A DNA stretch of 64,000 nucleotides. Source: Candidatus Nealsonbacteria bacterium (GTDB taxonomy: Bacteria; Patescibacteriota; Minisyncoccia; Minisyncoccales; CAZKCU01). Below, one piece after another: positions 1 to 8,864 of the stretch (position 1 is its first letter; the number at the start of each line of letters is the position of its first letter). A program made the position numbers and the translations under genes. The notes under the pieces were generated by a model, which was not told the origin of the DNA, did not search any database, and saw nothing but the letters and a program-made list of their open reading frames with translations. The stretch is taken from contig CP179888.1 in assembly GCA_047456305.1 (NCBI GenBank), positions 445,307 to 509,306 of the forward strand, given 5' to 3'.

Positions 1-47
1 ATCTAAGAACCTCACTTCGCGAGAACCTTGTTTTCTTCGAAATTAAT

Positions 48-263
48 ATGCCAAATGAACAAATTCCACCAATTCCTCCCGGAGGAAGATTTAGAGTCTC
101 TGGTCGTGGCGGCCGCGGTCGCCAACCCGGTGGCTTTGGTTTAGGACCCGGAAATTTCTGTGTATGCCCGCGATGTAAAACAAGAATTCCTCATAAGAGA
201 GGGGTTCCTTGTTATGAGGAAGTCTGTCTAAAATGTGGGACTCCAATGACTAGAGTCCGCTAA
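48..263 (+). CDS. small Gly/Arg-rich zinc-ribbon protein (DUF5320-like)
   Basis: ORF track; two CxxC pairs (CPRC, CLKC) after a G/R-rich N-terminus; heads the NifX-like/MinD-like cluster. Confidence 0.5.
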   Translation: MPNEQIPPIPPGGRFRVSGRGGRGRQPGGFGLGPGNFCVCPRCKTRIPHKRGVPCYEEVCLKCGTPMTRVR

Positions 264-271
264 AATTTTTT

Positions 272-691
272 ATGAAAATTTGTATTAGTGCTACTGGCAA
301 TAATTTAGATGCACCTTTAGATCCTCGATTTGGAAGAGCGATGTATTTTTTGATTGTTGATGATAAAGGAAAACTAATTAAGGCAATTAAGAATACTGGG
401 GTGCAGGCGATGAGGGGCGCTGGCATTACGGCTGCCCAAATCGTAGCTGCAGAGAAAGTTAACGTAGTGATTACTGGAAATATTGGACCTAACGCCTCTA
501 TGGTTTTAGGCAGTTCTGGAATAAAGATTTTTCTTGGTAGCCCAGGAATGAACGTGCGAGATGTTTTCCAAGAATATCAAAAGGGAAAGCTTCGGGAGGC
601 GACAGAATCTGTACCCTGTGGGCCTGGTTTTGGGCCAGGATTCGGTCAAAGAGGGAAAGGTCTTGGAGGTAGGGGTCGGGGAAGAAGATAA
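272..691 (+). CDS. NifX/NifB-C-terminal-like (FeMo-cofactor-binding fold) protein with G/R-rich tail
   Basis: MKICISA..LDPRFGRA.YF.IVD...ITGNIGPNA pattern typical of the dinitrogenase FeMo-cofactor biosynthesis domain family. Confidence 0.6.
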   Translation: MKICISATGNNLDAPLDPRFGRAMYFLIVDDKGKLIKAIKNTGVQAMRGAGITAAQIVAAEKVNVVITGNIGPNASMVLGSSGIKIFLGSPGMNVRDVFQEYQKGKLREATESVPCGPGFGPGFGQRGKGLGGRGRGRR

Positions 692-709
692 AGCCCCTTT
701 TAGCTGTCT

Positions 710-1951
710 ATGAACCCTCAGTCTGTTTCAATAGTTAGTACTTTTGTGAATCTTGGCTTAGGAATTTCTAAGCTAATTTTTGGTTCCTTAATTGGCAGTG
801 TAGCTTTAATTGCAGACGGAGTGCATTCTGGCTTGGATGTTTTTTCTTCTTTTATTACTTTTTTAGGATTGAAGACAGCCAGAAAACCAGTTGATGAAAA
901 ACATCCCTATGGTCATTGGAAAGCAGAAAGCTTAGCTGGTTTTTTAGTAGCTTTATTGCTGGCAGGATCTGGTATTTGGATTTTGTATGAAGCAATTATT
1001 GGGTTTTTTGGAGAAAAAATAGTCAAACTTAGTGTTGGGGCAATAGCGGTGGTAGTTATTTCCATTTTAATTACCGAAGTCTTAGCCAGATTAAAATTTC
1101 ATTATGGAAGAAAGCACCAAAGCTTAGCTCTGGTGGCTGATGCTGAACATTCAAGAGCTGATGCCCTTTCTTCAATTGGTGTTTTAGTGGGACTTAGCTT
1201 GGTTAAATATTTCAGTTCAGCTGATGCCATAATTGCTCTATTTATTGGCGGTTATATTCTCTATGAGGCATTTCAAGTAGGAAGAGAGATTACTGATTCT
1301 TTGCTGGACGTAGCTAATAAAGACGTGGAAGAGAGAATTAAAAAGATTTGTTCTTCCCATAAAATAGAAATCTCTCAATTAAGAACCAGAAGAATTGGAG
1401 CAGTCAATTTTTCTGAAATCAAAATTAAGCTTCCTCCAAAATTAAAAGTTGAAGATGTTCAAAAAATAACCGATACCTTAGAAGAAAGATTGCTCAAAAA
1501 TATTCCAGAATTAAAGCAGATAGTTATTTCTATTGAAGCTTATCAAATGGCCAGAACCGTTGTTTTACCAAAGCTCGGCAGAAGAATAGGGGAACTTGAG
1601 GGTTTTGAACAAATTGGACCTAAGAAGTTGGGAGAAAGGATTATTATCCCTCTTAAAGGAGAAAGAATCAGTTCTCTTTTTGGAGCAGATAAATATTTGG
1701 TTATAGATAAAAAAGATGAAAATATTTTAACAAAAGAAGTGATTAAGAATCCCTACTTTGAAGAAAATTCTCCCCATGGAGCAAGATTTGCCAAGGCAGT
1801 AAGAACGAATAAAGTTTTAACACAGCAGATTGGTGATAATGCCAAGCAAAATTTAGAAAATTTTGGCATCGAAGTTAAAATAATTCCTTCAGAGAAAAAC
1901 CTTGAAGATATTTTAGAAGAAGTTAAACAAGAAGATGAAAGAGAAAGTTAA
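710..1951 (+). CDS. cation diffusion facilitator (CDF) transporter fused to a C-terminal NifX-like domain
   Basis: TM-rich N-terminus with HSGLDV and DAEHSRADALSS CDF motifs. The C-terminal ~120 aa (FGADKYLVIDKKD...QQIGDNAKQNLENFGIEV) parallels the neighbouring NifX-like ORF. Confidence 0.65.
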   Translation: MNPQSVSIVSTFVNLGLGISKLIFGSLIGSVALIADGVHSGLDVFSSFITFLGLKTARKPVDEKHPYGHWKAESLAGFLVALLLAGSGIWILYEAIIGFFGEKIVKLSVGAIAVVVISILITEVLARLKFHYGRKHQSLALVADAEHSRADALSSIGVLVGLSLVKYFSSADAIIALFIGGYILYEAFQVGREITDSLLDVANKDVEERIKKICSSHKIEISQLRTRRIGAVNFSEIKIKLPPKLKVEDVQKITDTLEERLLKNIPELKQIVISIEAYQMARTVVLPKLGRRIGELEGFEQIGPKKLGERIIIPLKGERISSLFGADKYLVIDKKDENILTKEVIKNPYFEENSPHGARFAKAVRTNKVLTQQIGDNAKQNLENFGIEVKIIPSEKNLEDILEEVKQEDERES

Positions 1952-2774
1952 AAAGCTGGCCATAAGCGGAGGAAAAGGAGGGGTAGGGAAGAGTACGGTT
2001 GCTGTTTTGATGGCCAATAAATTAATTAAGGAAGGGAAAAAAGTTATTCTTTGCGATTGCGATGTTGAATGTCCAAATGATTATTTACTATTGGGTCAGA
2101 AATTAAGAAAACCTCAAAAGAGAGTTTATGCTGAATTCCCAAAGCTAAATAAAAGAAAATGTCAAAAATGCGGCTTGTGTACAAAAACTTGTCGAAGCAA
2201 TGCTATTTTCCAAGCTCCAGGGAAATATCCAATATTTATCAAAGATTTATGTTCAGCTTGTGGAGCTTGCTGGATTGTTTGTCCTTTTAGAGCAATTGAG
2301 CCCCAAAAAGAGGAAGTCGGACAAATTTTTGTTAATAAGATTTTAAAGAATTTCTGGTTGGTTACCGGAGTGGCTAAGGCGGGTTTAGAAGAAACAGGGC
2401 CAGTTGTTACTGAGGTTAAGAAATTTGCTCTAAAATTTGCCGAAAAAGAAAAGGCAGATTTTGTTTTATTTGATACAGCGGCTGGCACTCATTGCCCGGT
2501 AATTTCGGCTTTATTAGATTGCGATTTAGCTTATTGTGTTACCGAACCTACTCCAATGGGAAAGTATGATTTAAATTTAATTTTGGATTTATGCCGAAAA
2601 CTTAAAGTATCAGCTAAAATAATTTTAAATCAGGCAGATTTAGGGAACAAAAAAGGAATTGAAAAAATTGCTAAAAAATTTAAAATAGAAATAAAAGAAG
2701 AAATTCCTTATTCAAAAAAATTAGTTGAGGCCTATTCAAAAGGCAAACTATTAAGTTTTGATTTTTTAAAATGA
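1935..2774 (+). CDS. MinD/ParA-type P-loop ATPase with inserted 2x[4Fe-4S] ferredoxin domain
   Basis: GGKGGVGKST P-loop; CxxCxxCxxxC and CxxCxxCxxxCP motifs. Confidence 0.7.
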   Translation: MKEKVKKLAISGGKGGVGKSTVAVLMANKLIKEGKKVILCDCDVECPNDYLLLGQKLRKPQKRVYAEFPKLNKRKCQKCGLCTKTCRSNAIFQAPGKYPIFIKDLCSACGACWIVCPFRAIEPQKEEVGQIFVNKILKNFWLVTGVAKAGLEETGPVVTEVKKFALKFAEKEKADFVLFDTAAGTHCPVISALLDCDLAYCVTEPTPMGKYDLNLILDLCRKLKVSAKIILNQADLGNKKGIEKIAKKFKIEIKEEIPYSKKLVEAYSKGKLLSFDFLK

Positions 2775-3364
2775 TTACTTTAACCGATGAAAATTTTGAA
2801 AAGGAAATCACGAAAAGCGATAAGCCAGTTTTAGTTGATTTTTGGGCGCTCTGGTGTTCGCCTTGTTTTGTTCTTACTCCAATTTTAGAAAAATTGGCTG
2901 AGGAATATAAAGATAAATTTATTTTAGCTAAAGTTAATTTAGATTATGCCCCGATTGCTGCTCAAAAATATAGGATTGATAGGATACCGGCTGTTGTTCT
3001 TTTCAAAAATGGAAAGCCGGTTAGTGGTTTTATTGGAGTGAAGCCTGAGCCAGTAGTAAAAGATATAATCAGCCAAATGTTAGAAGATAGCGAAAAAAAA
3101 ATAGGAGAGATAGAAAATATAATTAAAAATTACCAGGAATATGCCCAGAAAAATGGGTTTAAGCTAAATCCAGATAAGGGAATAGTGGAGAGATTAGTTA
3201 AAGGGTTATTAGAGAATGAAAAAAAATACGGGGCTCGATATTGTCCTTGCCGAAGGATAACGGGAAATCCGGAAGATGATAAAGGAAAAATCTGCCCTTG
3301 CTATTGGCATCAGGAAGAACTTGAAAGAGACGGCCATTGCTTTTGTGGATTATTTGTAAAATAA
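2771..3364 (+). CDS. thioredoxin (WCSPC) fused to a ferredoxin:thioredoxin-reductase catalytic-subunit-like domain
   Basis: N-terminal VDFWALWCSPC thioredoxin motif; C-terminal YCPCR...CPCYWH...GHCFCGLF matches the CPC/CPC/CxC pattern of FTR catalytic chains. Confidence 0.65.
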   Translation: MITLTDENFEKEITKSDKPVLVDFWALWCSPCFVLTPILEKLAEEYKDKFILAKVNLDYAPIAAQKYRIDRIPAVVLFKNGKPVSGFIGVKPEPVVKDIISQMLEDSEKKIGEIENIIKNYQEYAQKNGFKLNPDKGIVERLVKGLLENEKKYGARYCPCRRITGNPEDDKGKICPCYWHQEELERDGHCFCGLFVK

Positions 3365-3376
3365 ATTATTTAAATA

Positions 3377-3973
3377 ATGCAGGATTTAGAAAAAATAAAA
3401 AATGAGGTTTTAAATTGTAAAAAGTGTCCACTTTATAAAACCAGAAAGAATCCTGTGCTCGGTTCCGGAAACTTAGATGCCAAAATAATGTTTTGTGCTG
3501 AAGCGCCAGGATATTGGGAAGATGTAAAAGGCAACCCATTTGTTGGAGCAGCTGGAAAAATTTTAAATGAACTTTTAGAATCCGTGGGTCTAAAGAGAGA
3601 GGAGGTTTATATTTGTAATTTACTCAAATGCCGACCTATAACTCCTGATTTTAAAAATAGAGCTCCAAATTTAAATGAAATAGAAGCTTGCATACCCTAT
3701 TTAGAGAAACAAATTGAAATTATAAAACCAAAAGTAATTTGCACTTTGGGAAATTATTCAACAGCCTTTATCTTTGAAAAATACGGATTAAAAAATCAGA
3801 TCCAGGGGATAAGCAAAATCCACGGAAAACTTTTTGAATCAAAAACTTTATTTGGAAGCATAAAAATTGTTCCTCTTTATCATCCGGCCGTAGCCACCTA
3901 CAACATAAATATGAAAGAAATCCTCAAAAATGATTTTAAGATTTTAGAGAAATTTAAAAAAGATGAACAATAA
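3377..3973 (+). CDS. uracil-DNA glycosylase, family 4
   Basis: CKKCPL, AEAPGYWED (GEAPG-type motif), LLKCRP and LYHPA motifs. Confidence 0.8.
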   Translation: MQDLEKIKNEVLNCKKCPLYKTRKNPVLGSGNLDAKIMFCAEAPGYWEDVKGNPFVGAAGKILNELLESVGLKREEVYICNLLKCRPITPDFKNRAPNLNEIEACIPYLEKQIEIIKPKVICTLGNYSTAFIFEKYGLKNQIQGISKIHGKLFESKTLFGSIKIVPLYHPAVATYNINMKEILKNDFKILEKFKKDEQ

Positions 3974-4676
3974 TTTTATCTTAAAAGTGAAAAATCTAAA
4001 TGTGGAATTGGATAACGAAAAGGTTATTGGTAATTTATCTTTTCAGGTAAAAAAAGGAGAAATTTTGACAATTTTAGGACCAAACGGAGCAGGAAAAACC
4101 GTATTGCTAAAAGCCCTGTTAGGAATTCTTCCTTATCAAGGAACGATTGAGTGGAAAGCAGGAATTAAGCTGGGCTACGTTCCTCAACGACTGCCGTTTA
4201 TAAAAGATATCCCGCTAAGTGTTAGAGAATTTTTAAAGTTAAAAATTAATTCAGAAGATGCAATAAAAGAAGTTTTGAAACTGGTCGGCATTAAAAATGA
4301 AATTTTAGAGAAGAGAATAGACGAGCTCTCTTCAGGCCAGTTTCAAAGAATACTGGTTGGTTGGGGATTATTAGGTAGTCCCCAAGTTTTGTTATTTGAT
4401 GAACCAATGGCTGGAATTGATATTTCAGGTCAGGAATCTATTTATGACCTTTTAAAAAATTTACAAAAAGAAAAGGGTTTTACTATTTTATTAGTTTCTC
4501 ATGATTTAAGCGTTGTTTATAAATTTTCTTCAAATGTTCTATGTCTTAATAAAAAAGTTTTATGCTATGGCCCGCCGCAAGAGATTTTGACCCCGGAAAA
4601 TTTAACCCGGCTTTATGGAGGCGAAATAAAATTTTATCAACACTATCACCGATATGGAAATTCATTATCTTCTTAG
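3963..4676 (+). CDS. metal (Zn/Mn-type) ABC transporter ATP-binding protein
   Basis: Walker A GPNGAGKT, signature LSSGQFQR, Walker B LLLFDEP; followed by a ZnuB-like permease. Confidence 0.75.
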   Translation: MNNNFILKVKNLNVELDNEKVIGNLSFQVKKGEILTILGPNGAGKTVLLKALLGILPYQGTIEWKAGIKLGYVPQRLPFIKDIPLSVREFLKLKINSEDAIKEVLKLVGIKNEILEKRIDELSSGQFQRILVGWGLLGSPQVLLFDEPMAGIDISGQESIYDLLKNLQKEKGFTILLVSHDLSVVYKFSSNVLCLNKKVLCYGPPQEILTPENLTRLYGGEIKFYQHYHRYGNSLSS

Positions 4677-5421
4677 TTTAATAGTTGGAATTTTTATCGG
4701 AGCTGCATCCGGCTACCTGGGTTCTTTAATGTTGTCAAAAAGAATGGCTTTGGTAGCTGGTCCTCTCGGCCATTTAACTTTACCGGGAATTGCCTTGGCT
4801 CTTATTTACGGCTTTGATGTTTCTTTAGGCGCTTTCCCTTTTGTTATCTTGGGAATAATTGTGATTTGGCTGTTTGAGATGAGAACAAAATTGCCAATGG
4901 AGGCCTTAACAGCCATTATTTTTGCTTCCGGCGTAGCTGTCGCTTTTTTGTTTTTACCAATTGCCCAAGCCGAAACTGCCTTAGTTGGCGACATTTCTCA
5001 GGTAAGTTTTTGGGATGGAGTGATTTCCATCTTTTTGTGCCTTTCTCTCTTTTTAGTAATAAGAAAAATTTATCCGAAAATGACTCTAATAAGCATTTCT
5101 GAAGATTTAGCCAAAGTTGAAGGAATAAATATTAAAAAATATAATTTTATTTATTTAGCAGCAATTGCTATAATTGTGGCTTTGGGAGTAAAAATAGTTG
5201 GCGGTCTTTTAACCGCAGCTTTAGTAGCCATTCCTGCCGCTACGGCCAGAAATTTAAGCAAAAATCTTTCTCAGTATACTTTTGGAGGAATGATAATTGG
5301 GAGTTTAAGTTGTCTTTTGGGTATTTTACTTTTTAAACTAACCGGATTTCCGGCCGGTCCTTTAGTCATTTTAACTGCTACCTTCTTTTTCTTAATTTCT
5401 TTAATTTTTAAGAAAAAATAA
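4654..5421 (+). CDS. metal ABC transporter permease (ZnuB-like)
   Basis: polytopic membrane ORF overlapping the preceding ABC ATPase gene. Confidence 0.7.
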   Translation: MEIHYLLSLIVGIFIGAASGYLGSLMLSKRMALVAGPLGHLTLPGIALALIYGFDVSLGAFPFVILGIIVIWLFEMRTKLPMEALTAIIFASGVAVAFLFLPIAQAETALVGDISQVSFWDGVISIFLCLSLFLVIRKIYPKMTLISISEDLAKVEGINIKKYNFIYLAAIAIIVALGVKIVGGLLTAALVAIPAATARNLSKNLSQYTFGGMIIGSLSCLLGILLFKLTGFPAGPLVILTATFFFLISLIFKKK

Positions 5422-5459
5422 ATTAAGTGTTTAACATCATAAGTTAAACATGAGAGGAA

Positions 5460-6341
5460 ATGAAAAATTCAAAATTAAAATTAGTAATTACTTCAGGGAA
5501 AGGCGGAGTTGGAAAATCTATGTTGACTTCGGTTTTGGCAATGCTCCTTTCACAAATTAAAAAAGTGGTGGCGGTAGATTGTGATGCCGACGCGCCTAAT
5601 TTAGCTATTTGGTTGGGTGGGGTTAAAAAATGGGACAAAACCATTCCGGTTATTACTTCAGCTAAACCGGAGTTTGATTATAGAAAATGTAATGGCTGCG
5701 GCCTTTGTGCTAAAAATTGCCGATTTTCAGCCATCGAGATGGTAAATAGTAAACCTCAGCTGAACCCTTTCTTATGTGAAGGTTGTGGGGCTTGTGAAGT
5801 TGTTTGTCCTCAAAAAGCAATTAAAATGAAGCCAGTTCAAAATGGAGAGATTCAAATCAAAAAAACAAAATATGGTTTTCCCTTAGTTTCTGGCCAACTT
5901 TTTCCAGGAGAATCAGGTTCTGGTAAAGTAGTCGCCGAGATTAAAAAAGAGGCAGAAAAATTCAATTATAAAGTAATGTTAATTGATTCTGCTCCGGGAA
6001 CTGGTTGTCCAGTGATTGCTTCTTTACAAGATTCAAATTTTGCTATTTTAATTACCGAACCAACTCCTTCAGGATTTTCGGATTTAAAAAGAGTTTTAGA
6101 GGTAGTTAATCATTTTAAAATTCCCTATGGTATAGTAGTTAATAAGTGGGATATTAACTTCCAACTGAGCAATAAAATTAAAAATTTTGCCAAAAAGAAA
6201 TTCTTAGGTAGAATATCTTATGATAAAAAGATATTTAAAGCCATTGCTAATCTAACCCCAATTTTAGAAACAAATCTAAAAGCAAAAAAGGAAATTAATA
6301 ATATTTTTAAAAAAGTAAACAAACTATGGCTCGACCAATAA
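5460..6341 (+). CDS. second MinD/ParA-type P-loop ATPase with 2x[4Fe-4S] ferredoxin insert
   Basis: SGKGGVGKS P-loop; CNGCGLCAKNC and CEGCGACEVVCP motifs; paralog of 1935-2774. Confidence 0.7.
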   Translation: MKNSKLKLVITSGKGGVGKSMLTSVLAMLLSQIKKVVAVDCDADAPNLAIWLGGVKKWDKTIPVITSAKPEFDYRKCNGCGLCAKNCRFSAIEMVNSKPQLNPFLCEGCGACEVVCPQKAIKMKPVQNGEIQIKKTKYGFPLVSGQLFPGESGSGKVVAEIKKEAEKFNYKVMLIDSAPGTGCPVIASLQDSNFAILITEPTPSGFSDLKRVLEVVNHFKIPYGIVVNKWDINFQLSNKIKNFAKKKFLGRISYDKKIFKAIANLTPILETNLKAKKEINNIFKKVNKLWLDQ

Positions 6342-6610
6342 AACCAAGGAGGGTTCTTTTTGATCCAAATGTCACTTATTTCAAACCAAGGGCAGTGCCT
6401 CTTTCGATGTTAGAAGAGATGGATTTGGGAGTTGACGAATTAGAAGCTTTGCGGCTTTGCGATTTTAAAAATTTAGATCAAATTACAGCAGCCAAGAAAA
6501 TGAAAATTTCCCAAAGCACCCTTCAACGCATTTTGGCCTCAGCCCGGAAAAAAGTGACCGAAGCTTTAGTTGAAGGAAAAGCAATTAAAATAAGAAAAAA
6601 GCAAATATGA
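6326..6610 (+). CDS. DUF134/UPF0251-type small DNA-binding protein
   Basis: MARPIKPRRV...F.P.......L..DELEALRL.D..nL.Q..AA..M.ISQST..R.L pattern of the DUF134 family. Confidence 0.6.
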   Translation: MARPIKPRRVLFDPNVTYFKPRAVPLSMLEEMDLGVDELEALRLCDFKNLDQITAAKKMKISQSTLQRILASARKKVTEALVEGKAIKIRKKQI

Positions 6611-7761
6611 ATTCGAAAAAAGCCTTAGCTTTATTTTTTATAATTATCTTTTTAGGTTTAGTAGTGAAGGCTGATTTCGTTTTTGCTCAGCAAAATTCGA
6701 TTGGGGTTTATTTTTTTTATAGTGCCTTTTGTCCCCATTGTGAGGAGGAAAAAGAATTTTTGAAAGATTTGGAAAAAAAATATCCAGAAATTGAAATAAA
6801 AAAATACGAAATTGTTTATAACTCAGAAAATCAAAAAATTTTAAATGACTTCTATGAAAAACATCAGGTACCAAAAGGAGAACAAGGATGGGTTCCGGTT
6901 ACTTTTACTGCCAATAGATATTTTGTTGGCTTTAATCAACAAATCGGTAAAGATATTGAAAATTGTTTAAAAAACTGTCTGGTGGAAGAAAAAGCCACTC
7001 CTCAAAAAATTAAGATTCCATTTTTCGGCAGCATTGATTTTTCAAAAATGTCCTTGCCAGCTCTGACCATTACTCTGGGAGCTTTAGATGGATTGAATCC
7101 CTGTGCAATGTGGATTCTGTTGTTTTTGATTGTTCTTTTGATAAATACTCGTTCAAGAAAAAGAATGTGGTTAATTGGTGGAACTTTTATTTTAGCTTCG
7201 GGTATTGTCTATTATTTAATTTTGACTGCTTGGCTAAATTTATTTTTGGCAATTTCTTATGTAAATTTAACTAGAGTTTTAATTGGAGTTTTTGCCTTAG
7301 GGGTTGGAGCTTGGCAGATTAAAAATTTTATTACTTATCATCCCGGAGTTTGTAAAATTCTTGGTATAAGTTCAAAAATTGAGCGGGGATTAAAATTAAA
7401 AGAGAGGGCTGAAAAAATAATTGCTTCTCCATTTACTTTGGCAACAATAGGGGGTTTGATTATTTTAGCTCTGGGAGTAAATTTAATTGAAGTTTTCTGT
7501 TCAGCCGGTCTGCCAGCGATTTTCACCCGAATTTTAGCCCTAAACGAACTCTCGGCTTTAAGCTATTATCTTTATCTTTTGCTTTATACTTTTATTTTTA
7601 TGCTCGATGATTTAATTATTTTTACTCTTGCAGTAATTACTCTAAGCAAAATCGGCTTTACTGAAAAATACAATTACTGGGCTACTTTAATTGGGGGATT
7701 ACTGATGCTTGTTTTAGGATTATTGTTAATATTTAAACCGGAGTGGTTGATGTTTGGATAA
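6607..7761 (+). CDS. membrane protein with N-terminal thioredoxin-fold (CPHC) domain and polytopic Cys-containing domain
   Basis: signal/TM helix, then FFYSAFCPHCEEE. About 6 TM helices with LNPCAMW and FCSAGLP, reminiscent of CcdA/DsbD-type electron-transfer cores. Confidence 0.4.
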   Translation: MNSKKALALFFIIIFLGLVVKADFVFAQQNSIGVYFFYSAFCPHCEEEKEFLKDLEKKYPEIEIKKYEIVYNSENQKILNDFYEKHQVPKGEQGWVPVTFTANRYFVGFNQQIGKDIENCLKNCLVEEKATPQKIKIPFFGSIDFSKMSLPALTITLGALDGLNPCAMWILLFLIVLLINTRSRKRMWLIGGTFILASGIVYYLILTAWLNLFLAISYVNLTRVLIGVFALGVGAWQIKNFITYHPGVCKILGISSKIERGLKLKERAEKIIASPFTLATIGGLIILALGVNLIEVFCSAGLPAIFTRILALNELSALSYYLYLLLYTFIFMLDDLIIFTLAVITLSKIGFTEKYNYWATLIGGLLMLVLGLLLIFKPEWLMFG

Positions 7762-7845
7762 AAGGGGGGCTTGACTACCCTTCTTACTTAAATTAAGCTA
7801 TAATAAAATTGAAGTTCTATAGAAAAAGGTCGAGAATTAAATAAT

Positions 7846-7937
7846 TAGATACCCGAGCCGCAGGCGAAGAAAACAGAGTTTTCTTCTTTACCTTCGCTTT
7901 CATAAATGAAAGCTCGGTGGATGATGAAGGTATCTAA
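7846..7937. repeat. composite box-hairpin repeat (small-element family) closed by a 9-bp inverted repeat
   Basis: TTAGATACC...GGTATCTAA flank ACCCGAGCCGCAGGCGAAG and ACCTTCGCT-TTCAtaaaTGAA-AGCTCGG boxes shared with the copies at 54874, 40571 and 49914. Confidence 0.6.
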
Positions 7938-7970
7938 TATCTATAACCTTATAAACCACAATCTAAAAAT

Positions 7971-8126
7971 ATGGAAGCTTATTGTGTAAAATGTAAGGCG
8001 AAAAGGGAGATAGAGAATGAGAAAGAAATAACAATGAAAGGAAAAGGAGGAACAAAAAGAAGAGCTATGACTGGAAAGTGTCCAAAATGCGGGACAAAGA
8101 TGTTCAGGATTTTAGGAAAGGCATAG
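7971..8126 (+). CDS. 51-aa zinc-ribbon protein (DUF5679-like)
   Basis: hand-translated MEAYCVKCKAKREIENEKEITMKGKGGTKRRAMTGKCPKCGTKMFRILGKA; two CxxC pairs; followed by a strong terminator. It is below the ORF-track length cutoff. Confidence 0.5.
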   Translation: MEAYCVKCKAKREIENEKEITMKGKGGTKRRAMTGKCPKCGTKMFRILGKA

Positions 8127-8156
8127 GAAAGTAAACCTGCAATACAAACCAGTTGA

Positions 8157-8192
8157 CCCAAAACCACCAGTGGTGGTTTTGGTTGTTTATTT
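8157..8192 (+). terminator. rho-independent terminator
   Basis: CCAAAACCACC-agt-GGTGGTTTTGG followed by a T-rich run. Confidence 0.6.
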
Positions 8193-8211
8193 AAAATGAG
8201 AGAAGTGAGAA

Positions 8212-8363
8212 ATGAAAGTCAGAACTAAAAATTTCAGCTTTTTTATTTTAGGAGTTTTGTTTTCTCTAAATATTTTAGCCTGGATTGCAGTTTATAATTT
8301 GAGTAAGCCCCAACTTCTCGTGGTTAACTTTTTTGATGTTGGGCAAGGTGATGCTATCTTTAT
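8212..8363 (+). pseudogene. 5' fragment of a ComEC/Rec2-like MBL-fold gene, interrupted by the element
   Basis: TM helix then VNFFDVGQGDAIFI. After ATCTTTAT the frame runs into 8 unrelated codons and a stop at 8394. Confidence 0.8.
8356..8363. other. attL core (ATCTTTAT)
   Basis: identical to 20563-20570; lies at the point where homology to MBL/ComEC proteins breaks. Confidence 0.7.
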
Positions 8364-8453
8364 TGAATGCTCTATGCTGGAATGCGGAATTTGAAGAAAT
8401 AATCAGAGTTTGAAACGCTTGACCCTTTGCCATTAAATTATTAAGCTAAAATA

Positions 8454-8612
8454 ATGGAAGAAAAAAGAGCCAGAAATTTAGAAATAATTAAAATGCGAAG
8501 GAAGAAAATCACCCTCGCTGAAATTGGAAAAGAATATAAAATAAGCCCTGCGAGGGTTTGGTATGTAGTAAAAAATACAAGGAGAAAGTTAAGAATAGAA
8601 AAGAGGACTTGA
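8454..8612 (+). CDS. 52-aa HTH regulator (sigma-70 region-4/LuxR-like)
   Basis: hand-translated MEEKRARNLEIIKMRRKKITLAEIGKEYKISPARVWYVVKNTRRKLRIEKRT; paralog of 14778-14954. Confidence 0.5.
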   Translation: MEEKRARNLEIIKMRRKKITLAEIGKEYKISPARVWYVVKNTRRKLRIEKRT

Positions 8613-8636
8613 CTTGAATTTTGTAAATGTTAAAAT
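8609..8636 (+). promoter_or_regulatory. sigma-70-like promoter upstream of the rep leader
   Basis: TTGACT, 16 nt spacer, TAAAAT. Confidence 0.45.
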
Positions 8637-8669
8637 AGAAGAAGAAAATAAAAATAAATATAGCGATTA

Positions 8670-8748
8670 TTGAGGTTTGGATAGAGAGACCTCAAGTCCA
8701 AAATAAGAATAAGAATAAAAAAATTGCTGGACTTGAGGTTTTTGTTTT
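8670..8748 (+). promoter_or_regulatory. mutually exclusive hairpins / attenuator-like terminator in the rep leader
   Basis: TTGAGGT(8670-76)/ACCTCAA(8689-95) competes with CCTCAAGTCC(8690-99)/GGACTTGAGG(8729-38), the latter followed by TTTTTGTTTT. Confidence 0.4.
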
Positions 8749-8864
8749 GAAAGAAATGAAGAAAATGAAAAAACCAAAACTCATTATTCAAACAATAAAA
8801 TCCTCCCAAAGAGAGTGGGTAGATTTTATTGATAAAATTTTAAATTGGAAACCAAATAAAGAAA

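Noticed and set aside
2162-2488. Antisense ORFs in the track that overlap well-supported genes (for example 2162-2488, 4806-4994, 24944-25312, 29433-29792, 29957-30505, 39751-40437, 59746-60204, all on the minus strand)
   Set aside because: Each lies opposite a gene with clear family motifs, and their products are low-complexity or hydrophobic with no recognisable motifs. They are treated as shadow ORFs.
8212-8394. ORF 8212-8394 as an intact small membrane protein gene
   Set aside because: Its sequence is the N-terminus of a ComEC-like MBL protein that continues at 20563. The last 8 codons are element-derived read-through.
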